A DNA stretch of 63,793 bases, filler included, from Lenisia limosa (Eukaryota; Protista; Breviatea), in the NCBI GenBank assembly GCA_001655205.1. It is 11 parts of 11 records of this genome, joined end to end, with 100 filler letters (N's around TTAATTAATTAA, not from the genome) between each part and the next. Parts side by side here need not be neighbours in the genome. Positions count along the whole stretch, not along the records: positions 36,711 to 39,536 come from LPNZ01011584.1; positions 39,637 to 43,656 come from LPNZ01008533.1; positions 43,757 to 46,532 come from LPNZ01001285.1; positions 46,633 to 52,107 come from LPNZ01008273.1; 7 more parts are not named here. One strand, written 5' to 3'. Within the stretch, counting starts at the first letter, position 1, and each line of letters starts with the position of its first letter. The position numbers and the translations under genes were made by a program. The notes under the pieces are model-generated. The model ran no database searches and was not told the DNA's origin. It was given only the letters and a program-made list of their open reading frames with translations. Shown in pieces: positions 36,878 to 49,900 of this stretch.

Positions 36878-39536
36878 GTAACCCGAGCTCGGACGTCAAG
36901 CATGGCGCCACTATCAGCTACACCATCTTCCTTATCAATGGTGGTCCGTCTGTTAATATTGGTGTCGGAGAGAAGGTCACCGTCACCTTCGATTCCGATG
37001 TCACTGTCGACTCTTTCACTGATGTGGGGGGTGGGGGTATATTAAAGCCTCATCCACAAATGTCTGTTGTCTACTGTTAATATATGGGTGGCAACAAGCA
37101 CCCGATCGTTGGGATTTTAACTGTTCTTCCGCTCAACCAGCTCTGACAATGCCAGTGTTATCTATTAAAACCGAGTTAACCACTCAGTTCCCCGGAATGA
37201 CATGCACGGCTACTACACCCCTTCTTTACGAGTGCACTACCCTTGTCGTCATCCAGCCTGGTATGCAAGCGGACAGTTTGGTTTGATCACACCCCCACTC
37301 TTCGTAATTACCTTCAGGGTTGATTTACCCTCCCCCCTCTCCCCCCGAATCAGTGTTCAAGATTTTCCATTTATTTTGATATTTCAAATATGTCTCCCAA
37401 AGTGTTTATTCATACTTACCCCTTAGCTGCTCGTCTTGAGGCCCTTGCTACTGTCACTGTCTCGCCCCTGAGTACTAAGAAGACCATCAAGACCGTTTGC
37501 CTTGTATGAGGGGAGTGGGTTCTGTAAAGTTGCTGCATTGGATCAAACGAAAAATTATCTGCTTATGGTTGTGGGGAAGAATGGATTTATTCAGTATAAT
37601 AGGCAATGTGTAGACTGTTCACCCCCGTAGGTTGAAGGCCTTCACGACAACAGTGCGCAGTCTGACGAATACACCATCTCCACTTCGGTGGATTGGAGTG
37701 CCGATATGCTGGTCACTCTTCAGGATTACCCCTCTTACGTGGGAGGGAGGGTTGTAATAATGGTTTTTAGATGAAATTAGTACGGGGTATCTCAGCAGCG
37801 CAACTTCAATGCTAATGAATAAAAACCTTAATCGCAAAAAAAAAGTTATTTTCCCGTTGTACTTACCATATTAGGAAGTTACCCCGGGAGACTACCTCCG
37901 CCATCTTGTCATTGTGGTCAACCAAGGCCCCACTACTGCCGATAGTGGGGGGGGGGNNNNNNNNNNNNNNNNNNNNNNNNNNNNNNNNNNNNNNNNNNNN
38001 NNNNNNNNNNNNNNNNNNNNNNNNNNNNNNNNNTTGTCCATTTCCTGTCCCCGTATCGCTGCTGACCATCAGACGTGGAGGTTGTCTGCCCTCGTGCCGT
38101 GCCCTCCAAGCTTCTTGACGTCCGTACCCAGGATGGCCTTGACCTTGTTGAGTCCGGCGTTTGCACTGTTTGGGGGGGGGGGGGGNNNNNNNNNNNNNNN
38201 NNNNNNNNNNNNNNNNNNNNNNNNNNNNNNNNNNNNNNNNNNNNNNNTCGTAATCATTTGCCCGCTTGTGCACATTGAAGCCCATGCAATTACAGCCCCT
38301 CTCACTTCTCACTCAACAGTTGACCGAAGAGTCGGTTCGCTGCACATACCTTCAGATGCTTCCGCTCCTCGAAACCAACGACTTCGTTGTCACCTCCGAG
38401 GTGAGCATGCCTATTGCTTTCTCTCCGTTCACGGCATAATACATATTCAGAACCACGCACTTACCTCTATTAGGTATCAAGAGACGCCCGTATAGACACC
38501 CACGTTTCTGTCAACATGACTTGCACTGTCAGTGCCCAACAAAACGATCTCAGATCCGCCAACAACTACGATACCACCAGAACCAGTATGGGGGGGTGCT
38601 GGTATATTTCTCCACACACTAACCGGTCAGGCATTGTGGAGAACACTGATGTCACACTTATTGCGACGTCATCACCCTCCTTCACTGCCACTGGTGGCGA
38701 GGCCGTCTTCACCTTTAGAATCAAGGTATTTTTGAGAAAAAAACAACAGAAGCTATATACAGCTAGACTCCTTGCTGTCACCCTGTAGTGTTCAGATGTA
38801 GCAATACAGTTCATGACACACATAGCCAACAGTAAATGACACCTTTAGGCCCAGGGACCAGCCGCCGCTCGTAACCTTGCCTTTGAATTGCAGTTCCCTG
38901 ATGGTGTTGAATCTGAGTACGGGGGCTATTCACATACTCTTTCGATAACTGTCAATCTCCACTTCAGATCTCACTCACCCCCCCCCCCTAGNNNNNNNNN
39001 NNNNNNNNNNNNNNNNNNNNNNNNNNNNNNNNNNNNNNNNNNNNNNNNNNNNNNNNNNNNNNNNNNNNNNNNNNNNNNNNNNNNNNNNNNNNNNNNNNNN
39101 NNNNNNNNNNNNNNNNNNNNNNNNNNNNNNNNNNNNNNNNNNNNNNNNNNNNNNNNNNNNNNNNNNNNNNNNNNNNNNNNCTGAGCACCCAATATATGAC
39201 GGCACAGGTCGGATACGACGTGTCTGTGCGCGTTCGTGTGTACACCAACTTCAACACCACGCTCACTGGAGTTGATACCCAGGAATGGAGCATGCTTGTT
39301 TCCAGTATGCCTGCCGGGTGTATCTTGCTTCGTTTTATTTGTCCTCGTGTTTATATTTGACAAGATGATGGTCTCCCGAATCATTTTTGCGTATCTTTTA
39401 TCTACTAATTGGTCCAACACTGACCCACCCAGCTTCCGCTGAGAACGAGGAGCTTGCCGACATTGGCGACAACACCATGACGATGACCACCACCACCCGG
39501 CCCGACACGTGTGACGTTGCCGTTACCAAGGCCTCC
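36878..39536 (+). CDS. DUF11 / conserved-repeat-domain (Ig-like) extracellular protein, partial, multi-exon
   Basis: Repeats such as VKHGATISYTIFLINGGPS, VTPGDYLRHLVIVVNQGPTTA and DNTMTMTTTTRPDTCDVAVTKA resemble the DUF11 pattern D-x-x-V-x-K...G-x-x-I-x-YT-x-x-V-x-N-x-GP. Recognised by eye only. Confidence 0.6.
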
Positions 39537-39695
39537 NNNNNNNNNNNNNNNNNNNNNNNNNNNNNNNNNNNNNNNNNNNNTTAATTAATTAANNNNNNNN
39601 NNNNNNNNNNNNNNNNNNNNNNNNNNNNNNNNNNNNTTTGGGCTTTTTTTTTGTTTCATAAATTTTCCTATTATCACCCCCCCCCCTGGCAGTTT

Positions 39696-41029
39696 TGGCA
39701 ACTTCAGATGACTTGGCATTCTTGCACGAAATCCTGGAGGACCAGGGCACCCCGGGACCCCTGAAAGATATGCCATCTGTTTCTGACAGGAGTTTGGAAG
39801 CCAAAACCGCATCTCCCAAAATTAATTCCAAAGGTGATGGATGTATAATGAGTTATTAGCGTGATGTTATGAAGTTTTTCGGCCAGATATTTGTTTTATT
39901 TCTCATCTTTACCCAAAATAATGTGAAAGTGAGTTCGAAAATTAATTATAGACCAAATTGAAGCCCTAAGTAGTTATAAGCGTGGTGATGTTGACAGTTT
40001 AGGCCAGATAATGCCTGGTTTTATTTCTCTTTTCTATTCATACTTTTAATACACTGACCATAATAAGTCCTGACACATTTAACTATATCAGTGTGATATA
40101 CATGATATGTTTGTTGACCGATTTTATCTGAGAGGATCTCTGATCATATCAATCTCGACTTATAATAGTTACTCTATCATATAATGTGAGGATGTAATAG
40201 TAGTTGAAATATCATACTGAATGACAAACCTAATACCATTCATTCTCAATGACCTCCTAGAGTGTCCGTTTTTCAGCGAAAAAGGAGAAGAAGAGAGTCC
40301 TGTTGTTCAAGACACAGAGGAGACAAAAGAGGCTTCAAATGAAAAAGGTATGTATCGCCGTAGTGAGACTTATTTGAGTGAAAAATCTCGGGGAGCAAGA
40401 AATACTATATCATATGATATATATATATATAATATATATATAATATACTATATAATATGCACATGATATAGTATATTATACAAATGATATACTATATTAT
40501 ATCATTCCAAAATTATGTCGTTAATTATTTCCGGTCGCCAAATTAGCTATTCCCCTTCAAAACAGTAATATATTTCTGAGATAATTATACACACTTTATT
40601 TTATGAAAAAAAAAAACCTTTCAAAATTTTCCTTTTTTTTGTAAGATCAGTTAATTTTTTTGGCGCCACGCTCGCGCAATTTTTTTTCAGTTTATGCTCG
40701 CATTTTTCTCATACGTCCTTTTTTACGAGTCAAAATGTTGTGAAGTTGACCGTAACATGAAAAAGAGACAGTCACACAAAATTGAATTAACGACAATAAT
40801 TCGAATTAACGACATAGTTTAGGACCTCGAGCATATATACATAGAATGATATGTACATAATTACATACATGCTATGACATATACTATATGATTCTCACAT
40901 AGCAGCGCTCTGGTCCCTTCGCAGTTTTCAACGTCCTCCCTGGCTTGAGGTCTGGAGTGGCAGGCTGAGCAGGTGGGAGTGATGATGATAATGATGGTAA
41001 TGATGATGATGATGGTAATGATGATGATA

Positions 41030-41116
<87 letters not shown>

Positions 41117-43560
41117 GGGATGATGATGATGGTAATGATGATGATGGTGATGATGATGGTAATGATGATGATGATGATGACGATGACGATGTACATGTAA
41201 TATATGTATTATATTTATCAATATATGTATTCTATATCATTGTAGATTGATTTGTAGACTTCCTTATGACGAGTAGATGGATTTGCATAGACCCTCAAGC
41301 CTCAACTGTCAATGCTCCTATGTCTCTTCTCCCCAATAGGTTTGACTTATGCCTTCCCTTCCCAAAACAGAATTAATTCTCGATAAGTATCGATATTGGC
41401 TGTCTTTTTTGGACCGTAAGGAAATCTTAGCAGGTACTGTCCATACTTCCCCAGTAGGTTGGAATAAAGCTGGTAGTAGTTAACTTATATTTCTCCCGCA
41501 AACTATCACCAATACAAGCGTGACGGTGTGAACGACTTTTGCTAGAACCTTCTTTTTTATTTATAACCTTCTGTCTATGTAATGTTCTGATCATCTAGTC
41601 AAACCGCCTATGTAATAGCAGCGGAATGTTTGATGCAAAAGGTAAGGAGGATGATGACGCAAGCAAAATATTGAGTTGTTGTGTTATAACAACAGAATTG
41701 ATTTGGGCTTTTTTGTTTCATAAATTTTCCAATTATTCTCCCCAGTATTTATAACCCCCAGACCCGAATTACCGACGTAACTCTCCGATACACCAACCAC
41801 TGGTCTTTGATCTTCAGATCTCGTCTCTCGCTGGAAAAGTCCCAACAGGTGCGAGGAAGTGGGGGCTTTGGTTTTCCATCTTTTTCAGAGTAAAGGCAAA
41901 ATGTTGAAATACAAAAATGTATTTGTTGTGTTTATTCATACTCTATATTTTATTGGGAGTCTTGTTTTTAAAATTGTTCTTGAGATAGAAAATATATATC
42001 TATTATACATAATAACATTTAGGAAGAAATACACAGTATTCTGCAACTAGATTTGTTGATATTCTCTATCTTTTTTCCGCTTTGCTTTATGGGATTTATC
42101 TTTTTCCTTTCATCATGTTTCAAAAAACAAATTGAAGTTGTCTTTTGAGAACCGGAAATCAATCATTTAAAATAAAATATCATGTACAAATGACGTCTTT
42201 TCTTGTTTGAGCGTTGACTATCTAGATTATGACTGGAGCCTCTGGAGGCTGGATGGACATGAGGGAGTGGGAGTTCTTTTCAGATTCAATCGTAGGCTGG
42301 ATGGACATGAGAGGGGTGGGAGTTCTTTTCAGAGTCTGTCGTATTTTATGCTCATCTAGCAATAACTGGTATCAAAATGTGGTTCAACTTGAAACAATAG
42401 CTTGAAAATAAAACCTTTAGTTATCATTTGTATAAACAAGAGACTTGTTACCCTTTTTTAATGCAGACAATACAACTACATCCATTTTTAGATGAGCTAG
42501 ATTAGAGATAGAGAAATCAAGGGACATACTAGGGGTACCACTCATAATTACCATAATACCCGCAGAGTTGATGAATTAATATTATACTAATATCAAATAT
42601 CTCTGAAGAGTGATTGTTTTCTTTTATTTCTCATTTCAACATAAAAAGCACCCCTACGTTCCCTATTATATTTGATGAAAGGAAGGTCTTTCAATATTCC
42701 TGCCTAACTTTACAGAGGAATGAAAGTCTTCCCAATCGCCTGCAAGATCTCATAGGTCACCCCACTTACGTTGTGGAAAAGCAAGTAAGCTCTCCGTTTA
42801 ATGAATTAACAAAAGTGTATATCACATGAGTTTCACTCCAGTACCAAAAAATGACTGAAATTTTTGATAAATCTTCGAATATTGTCTTGTACGGACCTGA
42901 AGGAATTTTAATACAGTGACCGCGATAAGTCCTCTTGGCACAGATATTGAGCTTTATCTTTAATCAATCGTATCAGGACTTATCGCGGTGTCTTGTATTT
43001 CTTGTTCTCAGAATAAAAACTAATTGTCCAGTTGAAGCAATATGAGGCGCTAACCAATGAGGCATCTTCTCATATTGTTGTAGGAGGGAGCCAAAATGAG
43101 TGTATTGGTTCTTAGCTGCTGAAGGTTTGGGAACTGTCGCAACAAAAAGTTCGACGACTTTTCTTCTCAAACCCCCAAATACCATCTCAAAGATGGACCT
43201 TTTCTGATTGCTTTTGCTGCAAAATTATTGGACTTTTTGGTTCCGCCCAAGTGCCACAATAAATGTCTCTAGGCCTTTTTTGAGGAATGGTTGATTATAT
43301 AATGAAACCAACAGCTTGTTTACAAACATTCACAACTTATATGTATATATATGACATAATTCTCATTATTCACGCACTCTTGCGGCATATTCACTATCAG
43401 GGCTATGTCCAAGGCGTGGCAGTGTACCGTCGCGAGTTCGTAGCAGTTGTGAAGTCAAGAAATAATTGGCTCACACAGCATGGAAGGGAAATTCTGAGGA
43501 ATGAAGTGCCTGTTAAAGTGAGGGAGGATGAAGAATATCATGTGGGATTGAGGCGAGGGT
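39696..43560 (+). CDS. XPC: DNA damage recognition protein XPC/Rad4, partial, multi-exon
   Basis: PPWLEVWSG...RWICIDP, ITDVTLRYTNHW, ESLPNRLQDLIGHPTYVVEKQLKQYE and GYVQGVAVYRREFVAVVKSRNNWLTQHGR follow the XPC TGD-BHD1-BHD2 order. Truncated by the linker at 43701. Confidence 0.85.
40979..41191 (+). repeat. (GAT)n microsatellite (~70 units, with GGT/AAT variants) inside an XPC intron
   Basis: Directly visible; it starts just after the donor GTGGGA. Confidence 0.95.
42914..42990. mobile_element. MITE family C, representative copy (~75 bp, Tc1/mariner-like TA|CAGTG termini)
   Basis: TIR GACCGCGATAAGTCCT / AGGACTTATCGCGGT. Other copies at 50286-50361, 21773-21847, 24713-24748, 3281, 34040, 40051, 54835 and 56103; several show TA|CAGTG or CACTG|TA. 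Confidence 0.8.
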
Positions 43561-43589
43561 AAAGGGGGTAGCTGGATTTTACTCATGGC

Positions 43590-43656
43590 TTCACCATCAT
43601 CATCATCACCACCACCACTACCATCATTCATCATCATCATCACCACCACCACTACC
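43590..43656 (+). repeat. (CAT/CAC)n trinucleotide repeat running into a gap
   Basis: catcatcatcaccaccaccactaccatc..., directly visible. Confidence 0.85.
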
Positions 43657-46600
43657 NNNNNNNNNNNNNNNNNNNNNNNNNNNNNNNNNNNNNNNNNNNN
43701 TTAATTAATTAANNNNNNNNNNNNNNNNNNNNNNNNNNNNNNNNNNNNNNNNNNNNAAAACAACAAAACAAACAAAGCCCATGTCAGTGGCTTCTGCAGC
43801 ACCGCATCCCATAACGAGGGGGGAAATATGAAAAATGTAAGCACGCGAATACAGGTTGGGGGTTCATGAATGTTAATCAATTTCAATGAACATTGATAGA
43901 GTACAATATTAATTCACCCATCATTTGCCTTACAACTCTGTGCACACAGCTTTCTGCGTGCCTCCCAAATATACATATTTTACATGTATCATCAGCTGCG
44001 ACCTTGTGTAATATGATGCGTTCAAATACCAAATCTCAGCCCTTATGCATCCTTAGCATCAGTTCGATTATTCCGACTTGATTTATTTTTTTATGAGGCT
44101 TTACTTTGGTTTCAAAATATCAACTGACTTTAATACAGATAGATAACACAGTCGTTTATGTCAAGTGCAAATTGAAGTTCGTCAAAGTTATTGCTTCATA
44201 GAGAGAACCAAATCAAGGCCTCATACCTTATGGCCTCCGACTTTCTTAGGAGTGTGAAATTCCAATCCTCGCGAGACCTGGCGATATAAGGGTCATGAAA
44301 AGCAGTGCAATAGAAAATATGTTTAAAAATGTAAAAACCAACCACACTTTTTCGCACACACCCTAATCCAACCCTTATAAGCTGCTCTGTGACGGGAGGT
44401 AGACCGGTAGATGGTGAAGCGGCCAATCCAGCTCCCTGCAATGACGTGGCCTCCACCATTGAGACCCAGCCGGCAGGACAGTTTTTGGAGGGCAGCTGGG
44501 AAGCCTCGCAGATTTCTGTCTGTTTCGGAGTGAAAACATATACTATATCATATGAATGTATTATGTAGCTATTATCTATGATATTACATCGTGGTAGCTA
44601 TCTGAGAAGTGGAAATAGCACCTGACCTGTTTAATGGAGCAAACAAATATTGTGAAGAAATATGCTATTATCGCTTTTCCCGTAACCATCTCAATTACTA
44701 TATATCAAATACTGAAAAGAGAAACAGATTCAGCCTCACCTTATAGCGATTACGGCTTAACTACGTTCCAAAACAAATGCACTTCTCGATCTTCCATATA
44801 TAATATCGATACTATACAGGCCTTGTTCGGACTTGGGTAAGCCCTAATATCGACAATCACACAAATATACTATTGAAGGTATAATATGGAATTAATAAAA
44901 TAATGGGAGATCTAATTTTTAGGTAAAGAAGAAACGACTTCATTTCCCAAAATTCCGACTTAATTATCTGGTCAGGTCCTAGCAGGAACAACAAGCACTG
45001 AACCTTCTCCCCTTCAATACGCACCTCGGGATCCTGATGGGACACGGAGATTGGAAGTCCGTTGGGGCTCCTGAAGGACTCCGCTGAGAACCATCTTACG
45101 AATTAATTAGCCAGTGAATGTAAAATGTAATAAATGTAGGTTGTGTAGTTTCGCTTTTGGTTCTAAATAAGGCCCCACTTTCGCCTCCACCCCCCTACCT
45201 TGCCTCTCCCAATTGCAAGTCGTCTATTGTTGAAGGAAATGGGGATGCGGGAAGAGTTGTGTTTCTGGTTATTAATAAAGGTTGTAAAATTATGGTCAAT
45301 CGATATTTATAGAGAATTCACTTCTTTAAAACGAAAAAAGTTTTGTTTATAGTGAAATGTTCAAGTTTCCAAAAAAAAGCAAAAAAAAAAACACATATTT
45401 ATCAAGAAAGAAAAAAGCGGAGAGAGAGAGTTTCAATGTGGTCAAAACAGAACTCCACAAAGGCAAATAGACCCCCCACCCTACGCATTTCACAATTTGT
45501 GATATGTACAATGTTTATCCGGGTAAATATCTGAACACAACAACAAAACATAAAACACAAAGCTCACTTCAAAAGTCCCTCAAAACAGTCAGTAACGGTC
45601 CGGTCAAGACCCGTGTTATTGAGCCACCAGTCGAATCCCTGAAATATGAGTGATGGCTGAACTTTGTGCGGTAAATTGCGACATTTATCAATACACTCAC
45701 AGTTTCCCTCTTTAAGGCCTTTTTTTTATTTGGGCATCCCAGAAAAAAGACCTGAAAAGGATGGATATTATGAGGATATATCGAGATATGCGTCTTTTAT
45801 TGGGATGGTTAAGGAAGCCCTTTTGCGTAGTCTATTACTACAACTTGTCAAGGATTTGAAGAGAAATTCAGTTTTGTGGGATAATCGGTTTTCACTTCAG
45901 AGTAATCAGATTTTCTTCATTTCGGACAGTGAATGTGAAATACATTTGATATCATGTTTCATGTTTGCCGGAAGACCCACGAACTTGCGCTGTTGCCGCA
46001 GGCCGGGTGGTGAGGGGTGCCCTGGAATGTCAAAAAAGAAGAAGAGGAAATAAAAGAGAAAACCAAAATGGATTGGAAAAAAAACTATCCCATCGCCAAA
46101 CACCAATTTCAGTGTTGAGGCATTTTCTAGAGTGGAGTAGGGGAGTGGAGTAAAATTTAACAATTTAGAAAAAAAAAGCCCAAAATCAACGCTGATGGAT
46201 TGGAGCACATGAGAGTTAAGAACAACAAAACAAACAAAGCACAATCCAGTCACTCGCTTCTTCAACATCAAAAGTCGGAATTTACTAACAGTGGAACATC
46301 CATTATTGTCACAAATACGACACATCACATAATACCCCAGATAAGAGAACAAAACAAATTATTGTACAAAAATTACTAAAATGATATGTACGCAGAGCTT
46401 GTTAATTGGAAATAAATATATTGCCTCCCCCTCCTCTCAAAAAAATAGAAGTTATTCATACCTAGGGGTTGCAACAGCCTTCGGAGTATCGGATTGTAGC
46501 GGAAGGTTTGGGATTGTGGACAGGTTTGATGTNNNNNNNNNNNNNNNNNNNNNNNNNNNNNNNNNNNNNNNNNNNNTTAATTAATTAANNNNNNNNNNNN

Positions 46601-46808
46601 NNNNNNNNNNNNNNNNNNNNNNNNNNNNNNNNCAAAGCCCAGGCCAGGAGGGGGGGTGAGAGAAGAAGAGCCCTGATCCTCTGGCCTGGGAGTTTCATAT
46701 TGACATGTGAATTATCACGGTTGAATTGAAAATTTATAGTTTTATATCATAAGAACCGAAAATGTAGTGTACTATGGATTGGGGGGACGGGGCCAAAATA
46801 AGGCCATC

Positions 46809-46905
46809 TAGGGCTTCACTTCGGTTCGAAAAATGACTGAATTTCTCGATAAATCCTCTAAACTATCGATATTTCATCGGTATCTTTCGAACCGAAGTGA
46901 AGAAA
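46809..46905. mobile_element. MITE family B, representative copy (~95 bp, 18-bp perfect TIR)
   Basis: CTTCACTTCGGTTCGAAA (46814-31) and its exact reverse complement (46885-902). Related copies at 21080, 41355, 42830, 45732, 47380, 48567, 50515, 51380, 51600, 51879, 53496, 54617 and 56520. Confidence 0.85.
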
Positions 46906-46909
46906 CCCC

Positions 46910-49900
46910 CTCATAAATAAAGTCCGCTCGCCTACAGCCCAGAACTGAGTTGTTCTCAGGATGTCTTAGAAGAAGGCGACTATTTGGGCCGATCAGATAG
47001 AGACGGTCACTAACATCGCCGGCCTGGGTGGTGGTACGAGTTAGGAGTGATCGGAGTGATGGGAGTGATAGGAGTTATTGGAGTGATCAGAGTGGTACGA
47101 GTTAGAAGATTTATAGGAGTGATCGTAGTGGTACGAGATATAAGATTTATTTGAGTGACAGAAGTGGTAAGAGAGAGAGGATGGTGTGTATATTATACAC
47201 TGGGTGGGTCACTCACATCACCAGCCTCAGTATTACAAGTAAAGATGAGAAATAAAACAAGATGGTACCTGGCCGAAGCCGTCCACACAATCACGCTTAT
47301 AAAAATATTGAATTATAGAACAACTCTGTATATACCGCTTTCTAGGTCAATGAAGAAGGACTGTTTGGTGAAACAGAATCAGGGCTTCACTTTGATTCGA
47401 AAAGGTGCGAAATATCGATAGTTTTCGAGGATTTATCGAAAAATTCAGTCTTTTTTTTAACCGAAGTGAAGCCCCATAGAATGCTCTGACCATTTTTTAG
47501 GGAAAATATTGAGTAAAAAGAGCCTCGCATACAAAAAAGACGTAGTCATCAGCGATAGCAAATGAGGCTTTCAAGCATCGAGCAACTAGAGGGGGGGGGG
47601 GNNNNNNNNNNNNNNNNNNNNNNNNNNNNNNNNNNNNNNNNNNNNNNNNNNNNNNNNNNNNNNNNNNNNNNNNNNNNNNNNNNNNNNNNNNNNNNNNNNN
47701 NNNNNNNNNNNNNNNNNNNNNNNNNNNNNNNNNNNNNNNNNNNNNNNNNNNNNNNNNNNNNNNNNNNNNNNNNNAACAAGTATGAACAAGTGTGCAAGTT
47801 GCGAATTCCCATCCCCAAGGGATTGTATAGTCCACCCCACCAGCATGAATAATACCCGTTGGCAGGCCCTTGAACAAGGGGTTCATAGAGAGAAGGTCAG
47901 AGTGCAGCGAAATTCGAATATCGGACACCAGGTTTGAAGGAATCCCGTGTAGAATGTCCCCTGAAACAATGAAACAATTGTCAAAAAAATAAATCCAAAA
48001 AAAGTATTTGTTCCTGGGTAACCACTTTTTAGTCAATTTTGACTTTTATGTCTGAGCTCTCCTATCAAGTCAAGAAGATGGTGAAAAACACGTTGAATAT
48101 CAGAAAAATCCCTTTTATAAGCAGGCTATTGAAACCGTCATGGTAATTTACGGTATTATATCCCATGTATTTTATTTTATACTTAAATATATTGACCTTC
48201 ACTCAAAAAGAAAATCAGTTCACAAGTATTGTTGAATTTGGTGACTGAACCATCGTGTTTACAGCCCTATTTATAAGGAATGTTAAATGGGGTGATGTTA
48301 CTTACCTTCAGAGAGCCCACGACTTCTCTCCCAGCTATGTGCAGTATAGATTCGTAGCCGATGGGCCACCTGAGAGGGGGTGGGATAAAATTGGAAAATT
48401 TATACAAAAAAAAGCCCAAAATCAACTCTGTTGGCTGACAACGCACGAGGGTTGATAACAACAAAACANNNNNNNNNNNNNNNNNNNNNNNNNNNNNNNN
48501 NNNNNNNNNNNNNNNNNNNNNNNNNNNNNCAATAAATTTCGAACTTCAGAGTCCAACTCACAACCAAGGCTTCATTACGGTACCAAAAATAGCGTTAAAT
48601 TCAGATAATTTTCGAGAATTTATCGATGATTCAGTCTTTTCCTAAAGTGAAGCCCTCAGGCTTTCTCTTTGACAATAAACCAGGCTGAATTTCTCAATAA
48701 ATCCTCCATAAACATTGATAATTGCATATTATGGTCAATATACGCATTATGCCTACCAAAGGGTCCAAGTCATTATGTTTGATGTACTCATTGACCTGTT
48801 GAATCTGGGTAGGTGAGTCAAAGTTCGAATAATTGGGTAAATAATTGGGAATTATGTGTTTAGATACATTCATAAATAATCGATAATTTATAATGATATA
48901 ATAGGTATTAAGGGGAGGCACATAGAAAACTATGTAAACAGAGTTGTAACGCAAATGATTGGGTGAATTAAAGTACCTCAAATAGCGTAGTGGTATGGAC
49001 GGCTTCGTATGACATCATACGGAAAAAAGTGACAAATAGCCGCTTACAAGAACTCAGTATTTGAAACCTTACTCATTGCTGCCCCAGGTTTGAGCTTTTA
49101 AAACTTGAAAACTCCCACCTTTTCTCTATAGCGTCTGTGCAGCGCATCGTAATTCTGTGAAGTAAATGGGTGCCAAAACAAACTCAATTTTTCTAGGAAT
49201 AATGCCTATTGGGCACACAGAAAGATACTACTCCACTCAATACCTATGACTTTTTATTGCTCATTTACACGTCAGAATAACACGAAGAATAATAATAGCA
49301 TTTGAAGCTCCAATGCTGCATCATGATTTCCTTCCATTGCACCCTCAACTACAAACAAGATTCTAAGATGCCAGAAAAAACTACTCCCCTCAGCCAACGG
49401 GGTTGATTCTGATTTTTTGTTTCATAAATGTCCAACTGAACCCCCCCCCCCCAATGTACGCTGAGAATGCTGGTAATATTTGCTGTGAGCGTGGCGTATC
49501 CAATAGTACCTGTCAAAAAGACCTGTTTGGTTAATTACTGGAAAACAGTTTCCTGGAAATATCATCATGTATGTATACTTGCTTTATGCCATCCATAATA
49601 GCACCATTCATGTAAGAGGACCAAAAAGTTTTCGGGTTTATGGTTTAATTGTGTTTCTGGTTTCCCTATGTAGTATTATTGTGTAGTTCACTAGATTTTA
49701 TTTTGAGGGTTTTTTCTCTCTTACAAAACAAAGTGTGGGTAATACTCTTCCTGCCATAATTTAACCCTCATATAATGACAAGTCTTGGCCATTTCAACCA
49801 TCAAAATGNNNNNNNNNNNNNNNNNNNNNNNNNNNNNNNNNNNNNNNNNNNNNNNNNNNNNNNNNNNNNNNNNNNNNNNNNNNNNNNNNNNNTCCCACCA

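Noticed and set aside
40655-40685. E2F-like sites (TTTTGGCGCC; also ~59551 and ~63633)
   Set aside because: Short motifs; the 40.6-kb one appears to lie inside an XPC intron, and there is no TSS evidence for any of them.
40861-41221. Poly-Ile, poly-His and poly-Met ORFs
   Set aside because: These are translations of the (GAT)n microsatellite inside an XPC intron.
43760-45100. Minus-strand exon-like segments (also 2630-3540 and 62500-63790)
   Set aside because: Probably coding, but I could not fix frames or family with enough confidence to report them as features.
45960-46030. GC-rich island as SRP or RNase P/MRP RNA
   Set aside because: The conserved motifs of those RNAs were not found; it reads more simply as a minus-strand exon.
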